DNA of 64,000 nt from Marsupella aquatica (Eukaryota > Plantae > Marchantiophyta), in assembly GCA_973895155.1 (NCBI GenBank), contig OZ316891.1, forward strand, positions 1,851,324 to 1,915,323, in the 5' to 3' direction. The notes beneath the pieces were generated by a model. It was not told where the DNA came from and made no database searches. It saw only the letters and a list, made by a program, of their open reading frames with translations. The stretch's first letter is position 1; each line of letters starts with the position of its first letter. Positions 39,111 through 52,054 of this stretch are shown piece after piece. Made by a program: the position numbers and the translations under genes.

Positions 39111-41684
39111 ATTTGACCTTTGTTCAAATGTTCCTTCTCGTCTTGAAGTCAAGATCTTCGACCATGACTGTCGTCCGCAAGCCCCTGTCAGAGGCATCTA
39201 CAGACTTGGCACATGTAGGCTAAAATAAGCTTGTTATGAAATCTGGTCTCTCCTCTGATATCGTGAATGTTAGCTCATGATAGATTCTCACCGTCTATCG
39301 CTGTCAAACTATGCTAGCTACCGTGGTTGTAACCTATGAACTTTAAGTCGTCTTGTGTCCTCAAAGTATATGTTGCTCATCGGGTTGAGACAGAGACTAG
39401 AAAGCACCCCTTCAATCAACGCCCGATGCCTTGACAATTGCATACACACCGACTGAGTATGCAACGCAAGGATTACAGCCTGTGTTCTCCAAGTTCTCCA
39501 AGTGGCCGAAGTGGTGGTCGAAGTAGTCAAAGTAGTTGAACTCCTCGTCCTCCTCTGCCCCGCCCTTCCTCCTTCCCTTCCTCTTCGTCGTCTAAGTTGG
39601 ACTAGTACTGAGGTTGCTGCTGCTGCACCGGCTCGTCCATTTTGACACTGCTCCTCCTTGTGCTGCATTTTTCCTTCCTCACCCTCGCAGCTGCTCCTCC
39701 TCCTCCTCCCGACTTCCTCTCCACGTTGCCGTCGTCGTGCGGCCCTCAACTCCAATTCCCCTAAACTCCTTGCTTCGCCCCTTCCTCCTCCTCCCCCTCC
39801 CCCTCCTCCCCCTCCCCCTCCCCCTCCTACGACAAAGAGCGCAGCCCCGTCGGCCGCCCCCGACGGGCGTCTTGACATTTGGAAGGGCCGTCTCGGGCAT
39901 GAGCGACGAATTGTAGTCTTGACGTCCGGAAGGGCCGTCTTGACGTCCGGAAGAGCCGCTTTGACGTGCAAAAAGAGTGCAGGGAATAAATCTGCTTTTA
40001 TAACACGTAGAGCATACTTTCAGATTTTCTACCTCCCGGTCAAGTTTTTTGAGCTCAAAATTGGTCCTTCAAGGGTCCTTGAAAGATTTTGATGCCAAAA
40101 CGCTCTTGCACAAATAGGCGAATGTGACAATAGCAATCAGTGACAGTAACTCGCTGTTCGCTTTGAATTGTTTGCATGGCTAGATGGACAATGGAATGCA
40201 TGAGGGTTTTCGTGCGGGAAGATGCGCTGAGACAGAGTAGATTACATTGTACGTGTGCTCTAAATGCGAGGGCAAATTGGACCACTCAAGATTCATTTAG
40301 AGTATCTAATCTCTTTGTCCGGATGAAGAATCAGTCCGGCGCCGATCTGTTTGTGTTCGGTGTCAAAAATGAATTCCAGACAGGCAGAAGCTATTATTGC
40401 AATGAACATCGAACTGCGTGGAGTTAGATTGTTGGAATGTTAGATTGTTCCTACTGTGGTTGCTCTGGCCGGGTGTATTCCAACTTGTGCGGCACACAAA
40501 CCCTAAACCTTTGAGCAACTGGCACAAAACTGCTTTTGAGTATGGACGGTCTCAACTTTGTATTCTAAGATTCTAAAGATCCTGGATGTCCTTCCCCTTT
40601 GTCCATCATGTCAATGTAATTTTTGCACGCTGAGCATCTCCCATGATATTCCGAATTGCTCTTCCTGCATGCCTGATGTATGTGTCAGTCTAGTGCCTGT
40701 TAAACTTCTAATTAAAAAAAGTCTACAGTAGTTGGTGGGCAAGATATTTAAGTTCACGCTAACCCAATTTTGCTTTGGCATGCAGGCATGACGGGGAAAG
40801 CTGACATTGAAGGATCTGAAAAGCTGATGCACGTGTCCATTTAAAATAGTCCTATATTTTGCCTGCCCTACTATAGTGTCTACCCAGCAAAAACTTGAAC
40901 AATCCAGCAAGTGAACTGGAAATGATGCACTGGTATTGTTTTATATGATGCCCACCAGGCGACAGCTAGCCTGTGTGGGAGTTGAGAGTTTGACTGAAAT
41001 CAGAATTCAGAAAAGAGAGGCTGTTGTCATCTATCCACGGTCGTGTAATAGTGAAAGGGAAGGCTATGAGGAGTGGAGGATTTGTACAGACAACCAGAGA
41101 ATTGGAGTCATTCACCGAGCAACAAAAGGTTTAGCATGCAGGTAAAAGCAAGAGCGAGAGAGGGGCGTTTCATTTTGGCAGTGGAACCTGAAAAGATTCA
41201 CTGTTAATTTTCACTCTACATGGACGTCTACAAAAGGAGATCAAAGACTGTGTTCATTTTCATAGTGATGGCACCAATGATGATGAGACTGGTAACTTGC
41301 CACAATCTTCTACAGCAATCTCAAATGGAGATCCGCACTGCAGAGAAAGATCCAGCATGCAATCTATTCTTTGCGGGACCTTTACTGCAAGGAATCATTT
41401 TGCAAAGTGAAGGAGATAGATATAGTAGGTTCAGACCATATTGATCTTTATTTGATTTTTATTTGATTTTCTGGATTTGCAACAGAGAATAACAACTGAA
41501 CAAAAAGAAAATGACAAGTACGCAGAGTTTATCTGGTTTGCAACAGTAAGTAGATACAACTAAAGTAGGTCCACTATCTACTCGCAAATTATAGCTATCA
41601 ACTGACTAGTTGTAAATTGTTGGCCTATTTTATTTTTCAGAAAAGTAACTTGTCAGGTTCATACATCAGCTTCTTGTCATACTA

Positions 41685-43032
41685 AGCGTCAGGACACTTA
41701 ATTGCTATGCGCTTCATATATGGCTCCCACTCAACAATTTTCTGCGACATTTCCTCCAACTCGCCTGCCAGAGTAAGTCTTTCGTTGCCCTATAGATTCC
41801 GGTCCTCCATAGCCAAAGTCAGCACATAAAATATGAAAGCAGCCAGATCAAGAGACAGTGAAATTATGTCAGACGGGATATAGTGAACTCCAAAGATTGC
41901 CTTGGAAATGGCAGCATGCACTGCTAAAGAACCCCAAGGGTCCCATATTCCATCTGACTCAGAGGTTCTCCATGCGTCATTGTGCTTGTGGACCTGTAGT
42001 TCTTTTATGAAATATTCTTTCTCCTGTAAAGTTGATCCTCTGTGATACTTCCTGACTCCCAATTGTTGATATAGCTCATCTCTGAGACTCTGCAAAATAA
42101 AACAGTGAAATTTTAGAATAATTATACAACATAAGGAGAGTGCATAGTATTTTACTTCTGATCTTGTTGAAAGCTTACCTTTGTGAGCAATCCTTTTCTC
42201 CTCCTCATTGCATCTTTCATGATTGCTCTGAAATTTGGTTGGCTGGTATTGTTGTTCCAGGCTCTAACGAATTCATCACGAGATTTCTTGTCTTCAATAG
42301 AAATTCCAAATTCATGCAGCAATGCCTCTTGCTGAATATCCTCTGTAGGATAGAGTAGCTCTTTCTCCAAGAGCAGGTGGCTGACAACAGAGTTCGAAAT
42401 TCTCTTCAAAATTCTCGGGTTACAGTGAGCAGGCGGTTCTTCGCTATCCTTCAATGCACTTTGATTTGCTTTGAGTAAAAACTGAATAGTCTCTTGTGCT
42501 TGCTTGATCTCTCCCCTCAAAAGTTGAAGCTGTATCCGCTCGCCAGCATTTACCAATGACTTCTGCTGTGTAACCTCCATGTGTGGAATCTCTGCATGCG
42601 CAGTGCTTGCCTCGGGCACCTGATCTGCTAGAAAAGTGCGTGGATTCCCAGAAGATGGCAACGTTGTTTGAAATGGCACCTGACCCTTTGAACAAGCACG
42701 TGCATCTCCAGAAGAATGTAACGGTGGGCTAGGAGAGCCGTCAGGATTTGTACTCTCAAGGGACCCTCGCTGACTGGAACTAGTTTGAGAGTTTCTAACA
42801 GTATTGACAAAAGTATCTCTCCCTAACTTTTTGCCACTGTGAACAGTGTCTTGACTGAAGCTACATTTCCTCATGATAGAAGTCTTTTTTCAGCAGGTTG
42901 GGGAGGCGTGCCTGGACAGGAAGGAGGAGGAGACACAACTGCTGGAGGAGGAGGGTCCGGATACAGATCCAAATCAATTATGTCGACTTGTCTCCCCTCT
43001 ACTGCTCGTTGGATAAGCCAGGGCTCAGCCAT
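41685..43032 (-). pseudogene. Unknown, probably TE-associated two-exon ORF with a frameshift and an internal stop
   Basis: 240-aa ORF 42152-42874 with a coiled-coil segment. Donor aag|gtaagc near 42178 and acceptor ttttgcag near 42090 lead into ORF 41790-42095. Family not recognised. Confidence 0.45.
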
Positions 43033-43442
43033 TGAAAATGAGCCCAAAGTATTTCAAACTTACTTTATGGAATGGTGCAAGTGGCCTGGAGGCCATGGAT
43101 CGATCGACGCTTCAGCAAGTGGCTTGGAGGCCATGGATCGACACCGCAGCAACTGGCCCGCACCATTGATCTTCATCTCACTTGGAAAATGTAATTATAA
43201 AGATCGTTGAAGTGTACTCTACTTGATTTGGAAAATGGCGCTAGCGCCCCAATTTTGAAATTGATAATTCTTATTTTGTTCCGTGGCAGAGGGATTTCAA
43301 TCGTGAATTGGTAAAGTGTCAATTAGCATCTTTCTTTGCTCCATGCAGGCATTGTGATCCATAGAGACTGCCATGGGTGGAAATTGTGATCCGGGAGAGA
43401 CTGCCATGGGTGGACATGATGCATTATCACGAGATGGAGAAC

Positions 43443-44520
43443 GGATGGCTCTGCGGTGTGGAAATGCAGAGCTGGGAACAAATTTTGTCTCTCGAATCTT
43501 AGACTGATTCGTCCACCTCGGAGCCTAGAGGAAGGCGCTCAATCATGGACTTCTTGGTTTGAATCCAGTTTTCTTTTTTTGTCCGCTGTTGTTCTGAGAA
43601 AGTGGGAATCGGGGGATTTTTAGGAGGAGATGCCTCTGCGCTGTGGAAATATATGCAGAGGTGGGAAGTTCTTTCACTTCTCGAATCTTAGACTAATCCG
43701 CTCGCCTCGAAGCTGAAAGGAAGGCGCTGAATCGTAGACTTCTTGGTTTGCTGAATCCAGTTTTTTCTTGCTATCCTCTGTTGTTCTGGGAAAGGGGAAT
43801 CGGAGGATTTTTAGGAAAAGGATGGCTCTGGGGTGTGGAAATGCAGAGGTAGGAACGAATTTCACTTCTCAAATCTTACACTGATTCGTTCGCCTTGGAG
43901 CTTAAAGGTAGCCGCTGAATCGTGGACATCTTGGTTTGTGGAATCCTGTTTTCGCTTGCTATCCCCTGTTGTTTTGACAATGGGGAATCAAAGGATTCTT
44001 AGATGGAGGCCCTATTAAGGAACACGATCGTCTTTAGCAAAACATTAAGTGTTGAGTAATACACTGATTTGAAGTGTTGCATGTGAACTGTGCAAAATTA
44101 GCTGAGGACCTCAACAACTGGCTCTGCGCTGTGGAAATGCGGAGGTAGGAACGAGTTTCACTTCTCGAATAGATTTATCCGTTTGCATCGGAGCTTAGAG
44201 GAAGGCGCTGAATCATGGATTTCTTTGTTGTTGAATCCACTTTTCTTTTGCTATCCCCTGTTGTTCTAAGAAAGGGGAAATCGGAGGATTCGTAGGAGAA
44301 GGATGGCTCTGGGGTGTGGAAATGCAGAGCTGGGGACAAATTTCACCTTAGACTGATCCGTTCGCCTCAGAGCGTAGAGGAAGGTGGTGAATCGTGGTCA
44401 TCTTGGTTCGGTGAGATCCGTCCAGTTTTTTCTTTCGATTCACTGCTGCTTTGAGAATGGAAATATCAGAGGATGTTTAGGACAAGGATGACTGTGCTAT
44501 GGGGAAATGCAGAAATGGAA
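43443..44520. repeat. Degenerate tandem array, unit about 185-190 bp
   Basis: Motif ggatggctctg.g.tgtggaaatgcagag recurs at about 43443, 43629, 43820, 44120, 44301 and 44486. Confidence 0.85.
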
Positions 44521-46449
44521 ACTAGAGCAGCAGCTTCCACGATTTGGAGTCCCATCAAATAGTTCCGTTTCGCCAGGTGCTGTCCGAAATTCAACATGGA
44601 TTGGAGTAGTTTGAGGAGGGGAATTTACCAAGGAACAGACAAAAGAACGGCTTGATTATTGAACTACTGTGACGCGCTATGCTCGATAGACTCTCCACAA
44701 TCTATGGAGCGCTTTCAACGAGCAGCCCCTTCACCTGATTGCTGGAAACGTAGATTTGAGGAGATGGTTTCCTCAGTCTGTATGTTGTCGAGCTGGTAGT
44801 GACTAGGGAATATCGCGTCATGGATCATCTTCGTAGTTCCAATATCAAGCTGCCTTTTGAATGCCTCTTCTGAATTCTCTGGAAACCCGATGAACTTTGT
44901 TCATGAAGTGAATTACACGACATTCTGTCGCAAATTGACAAATGTTCACTTGCAAAAATGGCAGAACTGTGCACCAATGGAGGGAAACAAGAAGGGAGAC
45001 GAAACGAGGTCGCTGACAGCACCACCACCACCACCACTACCAGGAAGGCCAGCCAGCAAGCCGAGGAGACCACTGAAGACGTACCAGAACCACGGCAAAA
45101 GCACGGAAGCAAGGACCCACCGCGTCAACGACCCACCCTACAATATTCCTATGTCTGCACTCCACCCGAAATGACGCAGAGCTACCCCCAGTCCAATCCA
45201 AGCTCGCCACTCCCCGAGCTTCTCATATACCCAATGCCGACTGCGGGATTCAAGACTGGCTTTTGATTTCTAGGCTGGTACTGCCCCACCTTTTCTCCCT
45301 CGCCGTCAATTTCATTGGAGAACTTCTCCATCCACCCTCTTCTGCCGTTACGTTATATTCCAATACTTCCAATTCTATTATGAACATTTCGGGATGAATA
45401 TTAAAGGACTCATCTAGCTTGGCAAGCGTGAGAAAGGCCTCTCTTTGCCTCTCTAATGAAGCCAAATTCTTCTCTTGGAGCCGTTCTATTCCACTCTAAT
45501 GCGGTGGGTGGCTGGACCTTTGTGTGCAACGAATATGTTGAAGACTAATTTATCTCTTATGTCGTTGTCAGTTTAGTTGTTTCTCCTTCTGTTGCCAGGT
45601 TGTCTTCATTGGAACGTGTATGGTCCTCTCTTTCTGTCTGCGTCTATTATGGTCTCCGCCATCTCTTTTGTTCTCCTCTACATCACCCTAGTGTCTTCTG
45701 GTCGGGCAGCCCGCGATTAGTGTTCTCGCTGTAGGTTTGAGTACCTCTCATCTGGCAACGTCCGTAGCGAGTTCAGTTGGATCTCTCATCTAGACCAGGT
45801 AAGTCCCTTCCATCACTGAATTCCAGGAAAGTCTATGTTGCAGATAGGATCGGAATTTCTCCCTTCTGTCAACTGCCCGCCAGCCGTCCACAGAGGGATC
45901 GGTGCGGGCTTGGATTCCTTTGGCTCTACCTTGTAGGGAGATTTCCTCCCTGGGGACGAGAGTTCCCTAGGACTATCGCTGGCCTGATCGAGTTGCTCTT
46001 CTCGAGTCCATTCCCTCGTCGCAGCGTCCCTTTCCAAACCCACCCTCCCCCCCCCAAACACACAGGCATGGCCTGCCGTCTCAGGTGGTCAGGATGGTGC
46101 GAGTGAGCCTTTCCTGCCCTAATGAACATTGGAGCACCAGTTATTCGGGATTATTGAAGCACATACTAGTCTGTAACTAGGTTAGTTCTACATTGTGCAG
46201 TAACTCGTGGCTTCCATGAAGTGAGCTGGAACATATTTCTGAGTTGATCTCATGTCAATTATCTCGGTTTGGCAGATGCTGTGTGAGAATTGGTATTGTA
46301 TGAACGTGGGTGCCAATGCTTTGTTTCACAAAGGATTGGTTCATTAGCTACAAATGAAGAGTGTAAGCATATGGCACGCAATTGTGAAATCCCCTTTGAA
46401 TCCTCTAAGATGCAATCACATAACAACATTCCTCCTTCAATGGAATGTG

Positions 46450-46555
46450 ATGTTCTGCTTATGGCAGCTTACCCAGTATGATAAAGTCATCTACATCGAT
46501 TCAGATTTGCTTGTGCTACAAAATCTGGACTTCCTCTTCGACATGCCGGAGCTCC
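46450..46555 (+). pseudogene. Glycosyltransferase family 8 (glycogenin/GUX-like) fragment
   Basis: LWQLTQYDKVIYIDSDLLVLQNLDFLFDMPEL with the DxD motif. Confidence 0.7.
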
Positions 46556-46725
46556 AGTCACTGTGCCTGCTCTACCTTGCTCACAATGCCCTCCCGCCTT
46601 GATAACATGTGTTCGAGTATGACAACATTAAAAGAGGAACTCCAGTCACTGTGCCTGCTCTACCTTGCTCACAATGCCCTCCCGCCTTGATAACATGTGT
46701 TCGAGTATGACAACATTAAAAGAGG
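46552..46725. repeat. 88-bp-period tandem duplication, near perfect
   Basis: ctccagtcactgtgcctg...acaacattaaaagagg occurs twice. Confidence 0.9.
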
Positions 46726-47400
46726 GTCGACGTGCTGCAATCATAGTAAAGTAAGAGCAAGAGATGTGTGGTAGAATGAGCTGCATGCACAACCCAATAA
46801 CTACTTCTTACCCATTATTAAGTCAATATTACTACATCATCTATATGCGATCTTTTTTTTGTTTAATACATGGACATATCGTAGCAATCTATTGTTAATT
46901 TTTAATGTCTACCGGATATCTAACTGACGTTGGTTCAAGTACATGAACATTACAATTAAGCCATGACATGTTTTTATGTAAAAGTTATGACTCATATATG
47001 TCAATGGGATATGCAATCCAATTTACATCATAATCACATACAACCAATATCAACTTAGCATATTAAGCAGTTTGATACAAAATGATTGTCCAGTACACTC
47101 ATAGAATTGACGAAGAAACCATGTACTAATCCACCTTATGTCAAATACATATACACCTCAGTTTCGTGATGTTGAATAAGTTCAAAGTATAGGACATGTC
47201 CATATACTTGGAAAAACCAATTGCTTTTTCACTAAGATCACCGGCACTCTATTTTTCTTTGGGATGACAATTCTAGATTGCTTTCATTTAGTTTGTACAG
47301 GTTTTCTTCACTTGATATGATGGTTTCACTTGATATAACTCTGTTTGTTTTCTTTCTTCCATATATTGTGCAGGCCTTGGGATTGCAAAACTTGGAAAAT

Positions 47401-49019
47401 ATGGTTCTTTCAAATGAGGAACTTGAAATCATTGTGTCAACAATTCTTGCGTTCCAACAAGTGGTAGAGCAGCAAATGCGATTTGCAGCTCTTGTTGGTA
47501 ACTATTTTTTGGAATCAGGTGATGGGAGACTCCTTGCAAACTTGTTTATACTCTTCCAAACCATTCAACATGCATTTTTCCAGAGACCAGATCGTCTTCT
47601 ATCTGACAATTATATCGAGCCCAGATCTAGAGAATGGAGTGGCTGGTACCTTATGCATGTTATCGAAGACGATCCTGTCCGCTTCAAGCATTTGTTCCGC
47701 GCTCGGGGGTCTCACTATATGGGGACCTCCCCATCACCTGCAACGTTTTTAGGCCTCGGACCCCCTAAAATGTAAGAAAAAATTATTATTTTTTAACCCC
47801 TATAAAGTTTAAATATTCTTGGAATATTCCAAAAATTTGATTAAAAAGGCCCAAATGTTCTTATAAGTCTCAAAATTGAATTTAAAAGACCCTATTGTTC
47901 TTCTACAAAAATTCTTAAGTCTTCCCTTACAACCAATAAAATGACCCTATCCTTCGTCGCATGTGATATGCCATTTTTGTGGAAGTGAAACCCCCAAGGT
48001 TCCGCGTGTCACCCGCAACATTCATGTACATTTGCGACTTGTTTCGAGAAGATTTGACTACACATCCCCCACCTGGCCTTCGCAATTTGACCAACAGGGC
48101 ATTGTCCGTTGAGCGACAAGTTGCCATAGTGCTGCGTAGATTTGCTACTGGGTGTTTGTTGTTGACACTTTCAGAGATGTTTGGGGTTTCAGTTCCATGC
48201 ATTTCTGATGTGATTTGGCGATTTGTTAAGGCATTAACAAGACGCGGTAGAGAAAGATATTTGAGTTGGCCGCAAGGAGAGGCCATGGCAAGGGTGAAAG
48301 AGGAATTTTTCCAATTGCAAGGATTTCCAAATTTTTGTGGTGCAATTGATGCTACTCATTTTCAAGTAAAGTTACCTCTTGGAACAAACTCAACTGATTA
48401 TCGTGACTACAAACATGGCCAAAGCATTTCAATGCAAGCCATTTGTGATAGTCGACTTTGATTTTTGGATGTCTTTGCAGGATGGCCTGGTAGCATTCAA
48501 GATTCACGACTTTTGAGAGTCTCAGGTTTTTATGACGACGTTTTGACACACCGCACAAAACTCTCTGGTCTCACATTTACAGCTTCGATAGGATTCACTA
48601 CAGGGGAGTATATTATTGGTGATGTTGGCTACCCTGCTTATCCTTGGTTGCTAAACCCTTTTCCAGCAACTAGAGAGCATAGTCAAAAGAGAGAGTTCAA
48701 CTACAGGCTTAGCTCAACTAGGATGTGTGTGGAGCGTGCTTTTGGTCAAGTGAAAAACAGTTGGAGATTTTTTTCTCGCAAAATGTTTCGGCCGCATCCA
48801 TAGCAATTGCCACATTATATTACATGTGCATGCCTTTTGCATAACATTCGTATTGACCGTGGAGATGTATATGATCCAGCATGGGGTATAGATGCAGACC
48901 CTCCATATGAACCTGGAGGTCCCCCTGCTGCACCTCAAACTTCAAATAATGGGCGTAGATATCGTATTGCAATGATGAATCATTTGCTAACTGAGGGAGA
49001 ATGGGGGCATGAAGCTTAG
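47401..49019 (+). pseudogene. PIF/Harbinger DDE transposase (HARBI1-like), disrupted by a MITE and two stops
   Basis: FRVSPATF, GAIDATH, DVFAGWPGSIQDSR, IIGDVGYP, RMCVERAFG, ACLLHN. In-frame TGA at 48459 and TAG at 48801. Confidence 0.92.
47702..47998. mobile_element. MITE, 8-bp TSD family, inside the Harbinger transposase
   Basis: TIRs ctcgggggtctcact / agtgaaacccccaag. Perfect TSD gttccgcg. Removing it restores LFRVSPATF. Confidence 0.92.
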
Positions 49020-49177
49020 AGTGTGCTACCCGAGTTGCCAATAGATGTAATAGACAAAGATGAAATTTAATAAAACCAAACTGTGCATGAAAATGGCACC
49101 ATATTTTATTCATGTGCAATTATATGTTGTCATTTCAAGAAGTACACTTGACTTTAGAAATGGAAGTAGTTGCTTCT

Positions 49178-50341
49178 CTAAACCAAGTATGTGCAACTAC
49201 TCCATTGGGATGGTCGTGAAGAATTTGCTAGCTTCTCTAGAAGAATGTCATTCAAACGTCCCATCTGCTCAGCTGTTGTGGTTGATGCTGTGGTGATTGC
49301 TGTTGCCAAAACAGCAGATTGCCGCTCACGGCTTTCACAATCAAGCTTGGCCATGGAAACCATCTCTGCACAACTATTGGCCATGGATTTCAAATGTGCT
49401 TGTTTGTCGTTCCCAATCTTGGCTACCTTTCGCTTTACACCTCTATTGTCGGGGCCAGAGAAGTCCTGAGGGGATGATGGTTGCTGCACTCCACCTGTAC
49501 TCTCTGTATTTGGTTGCGCCCTCTCATGTGTTGGTCCTGTGAAATGTGTCTGGCTTGATGGTGCCGACCTGTCTTCCTCAACCCCAACATCATCATCACT
49601 TGTAGAATAGTATAGACATGATTCCTTGCATTTAGTAGAGCAAAGAGGAAGGAGAGAAATGTCACCCCAAAAATTTACAGTACCAATCCACCATAACAAA
49701 AATTAAATTGCACAATGTAAATGAAAGAAAAAATTCATCAGGTAGGAAAAAATAGATTACTCACTTCCAGATGACAAGTTGAATGGGTCCTGGTTTGTAT
49801 TGTGGTTCATCCTAGAGTAATCAGATAAAAACTCCGTAGGTGGCGTGATGTGTGGAACATCTTTATACCATCCCAACAGATCTGCGTACAGATCAACTGA
49901 GAAATGAGTCGGGAATTGTTGTAGGCGTCGCTCCTTCTCATCCATGTCAAAGTAAGAAATCTTCCCGGTCTTCTCCTTTCTCTCATAATCGTAAATCTTT
50001 TTGAACTTGCTGTCAATGAGCTGCCACTTCTTCTTGCAAGAGGATGGATCTCGAATAGGTCGGGTGAACCCCTCATCCTCCATAAATTTTGCCACGGCTT
50101 TCCATTTCAACTTGGTGCTAGTCATCTTTTGTTGCGTAGAACCCTCCATGATAACATTGAGGTATTCAGATCGCTTGGCTGCAATCAAGCACTTCATCTC
50201 CTCATTTGTCCAATCAGGCAACTTATTCTTGACTGGAGGTTGTGGTGCACCGTTAGGACCTGTACCAATGTTGAGGTCCAAGTCAACTAATTGAATACGT
50301 TCTAGTGAAGGTAGACCACGACTCTGCTTCTGGCTCGTCAT
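49178..50341 (-). CDS. Harbinger ORF1: Myb/SANT (trihelix-like) DNA-binding protein, two exons, convergent with the transposase
   Basis: WTNEEMKCLIAAK...KWKAVAKFM...RDPSSCKKKWQLI...SYFDMDEKERR, followed by an acidic and coiled-coil 3' exon. The acceptor near 49600 looks mutated. Confidence 0.82.
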
Positions 50342-52054
50342 TTGACATTACAGAGTAGCACTACTCCATATTTGTCGTTTTTGCGAAGGTCAATTACAAG
50401 GGGATAAACACACCGCGAAGCGCCGTTCATCGCTCATCTTGCGATGCAAACCGCATCTCAAACTGCAACACTGACACTCTCGCAACCATTATTTGCGAAA
50501 CCAACATCTTCGCAAATATTTGCAAAACCAAATATCTTGCAAAATGTTTCTGAACCTTTGAGCATTCTACTTAGTAGCGATGTTTACCGTTTTGCAAACA
50601 ACTTGCGACGCCGATTGCATCGATAACGTTGCAATATTTCTGTTATCAGAAAGCGGCGTGCGATGCAAAATTAATCGCAATACAGCGAAAGTAAGAGAAT
50701 CGCCAGTTTGCGAGGTGGTGTGGCTCGCAAAATCATGGCGCCTCAGTGGTTCTCTTTAGAGAAGGCTTGAGTTTCGGAAAGTTGAGATGCGCGTTGCTTC
50801 GGAATGTAGCGATGGTTTTGGGATGGGATCTAGCGATGAGGTAGGGATCGTTAATGTAGCCATTAGGTTGAGATGGGTGGGGGTTCGCAAAATGGTTCGG
50901 AAATTTGGTTTTGGGGTTTCTCAGATTTAGAAAGGGCATGGGACAAGGAATGGAGGAAGGAGGGTCAAGGAGAGAGGAGGGAGGAGGGAGGAGGTACACT
51001 TTAGGAAGAAAAGGAGGAGGAAGGGGTTGACTTAAGGGGGGACAAGGAACAAAGGGAGGAGGGCGGTTTAGGGTGCACAAGGAAATGAGGGAGGAGGGAG
51101 GTACCTACAGTTTAGGGAGGGAAAAGGAAAGGAGGGAGGAGGGAGGGAGGGTGGAAGGTATAGGTTTAGGAGAGGGACAAGCCAAGGAGGGAGGAGCATA
51201 GGTTGAGGACAGTGAAAGGTGGAAAAAATTGAGGGCATGTATAGGTTTTAAAAAGGAAGGGGTTGAGACAAGGGGAGGAGGGAGGTGGGTACAAGTACTA
51301 GAGAGAAACACTACAACACTATCGGCCGGTTTTGCAAAGACAATCTCATCGCAACTAACAAGCCCCTGATTTTCATAATTCTGGCCATTGCGATCATACG
51401 CGCATCGCACCACCTTTGCACTTTGCCAACCTAATAACTTCGCACGCGGACCATTGCAACGACATCGCAACACCATGGCAAACTGCGAAGCTGAGAGGTT
51501 CGCAAGATTCAATACTTGTGCGATCCATTATACGTCGCATAAGGTTCGCAAACATACACGCACACGTCCCGCGCAGGCGTCGATATTTGAGAAGGATTTA
51601 CCATCGCATCATATTTGCGAAAGATACTGGTTCAATTGTTTTGATGGGGATTGTATGACAAAGAGCGATACCGGTGATTTCAGAAGTTTGTGAACGGGTT
51701 CGATTAGGAAAGTTCGATCCTAGAAGTATCACAAAAACCCGACATATTTGGATCTGAAGTTCTGAAGTTAATTGACTCAAAAAGTGCGATGGCTTGGGGT
51801 TTATATTGTGCGATGGGAATGAGTTCTTAAAGGGTTCGCAAAATTATGATCACAGACATTATTTGCGAGGGGTTTTCCTTGGGACCCAATGTGGAAGGCA
51901 AAATTGTTGTTTTATAAAATGGAAAAGCATGAACAAAATGATAGGGCTTCAAAGAACCCTATACATGGACAAGAGGGGGGAAATGTCTGATGCTAGGCCC
52001 TTCTAAACCTATGCTGCCTCTTCCTACCCTAAGCTCCGGCATGACAAGTCACTC

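Noticed and set aside
39318-40092. Poly-Gly and poly-Pro ORFs
   Set aside because: Low-complexity CCT/CCC tract that is open in several frames by composition.
43443-44520. Possible CRISPR-like repeat-spacer array
   Set aside because: Whole units are homologous, with no unique spacers. The context is eukaryotic and there are no cas genes.
45250-46130. Possible LINE ORF1 remnant
   Set aside because: No zinc knuckle, endonuclease or reverse transcriptase motif could be identified.
50733-51512. Pro-rich - strand ORFs
   Set aside because: Translations of the purine-rich non-coding tract of the outer CACTA; one crosses the inner element's border.
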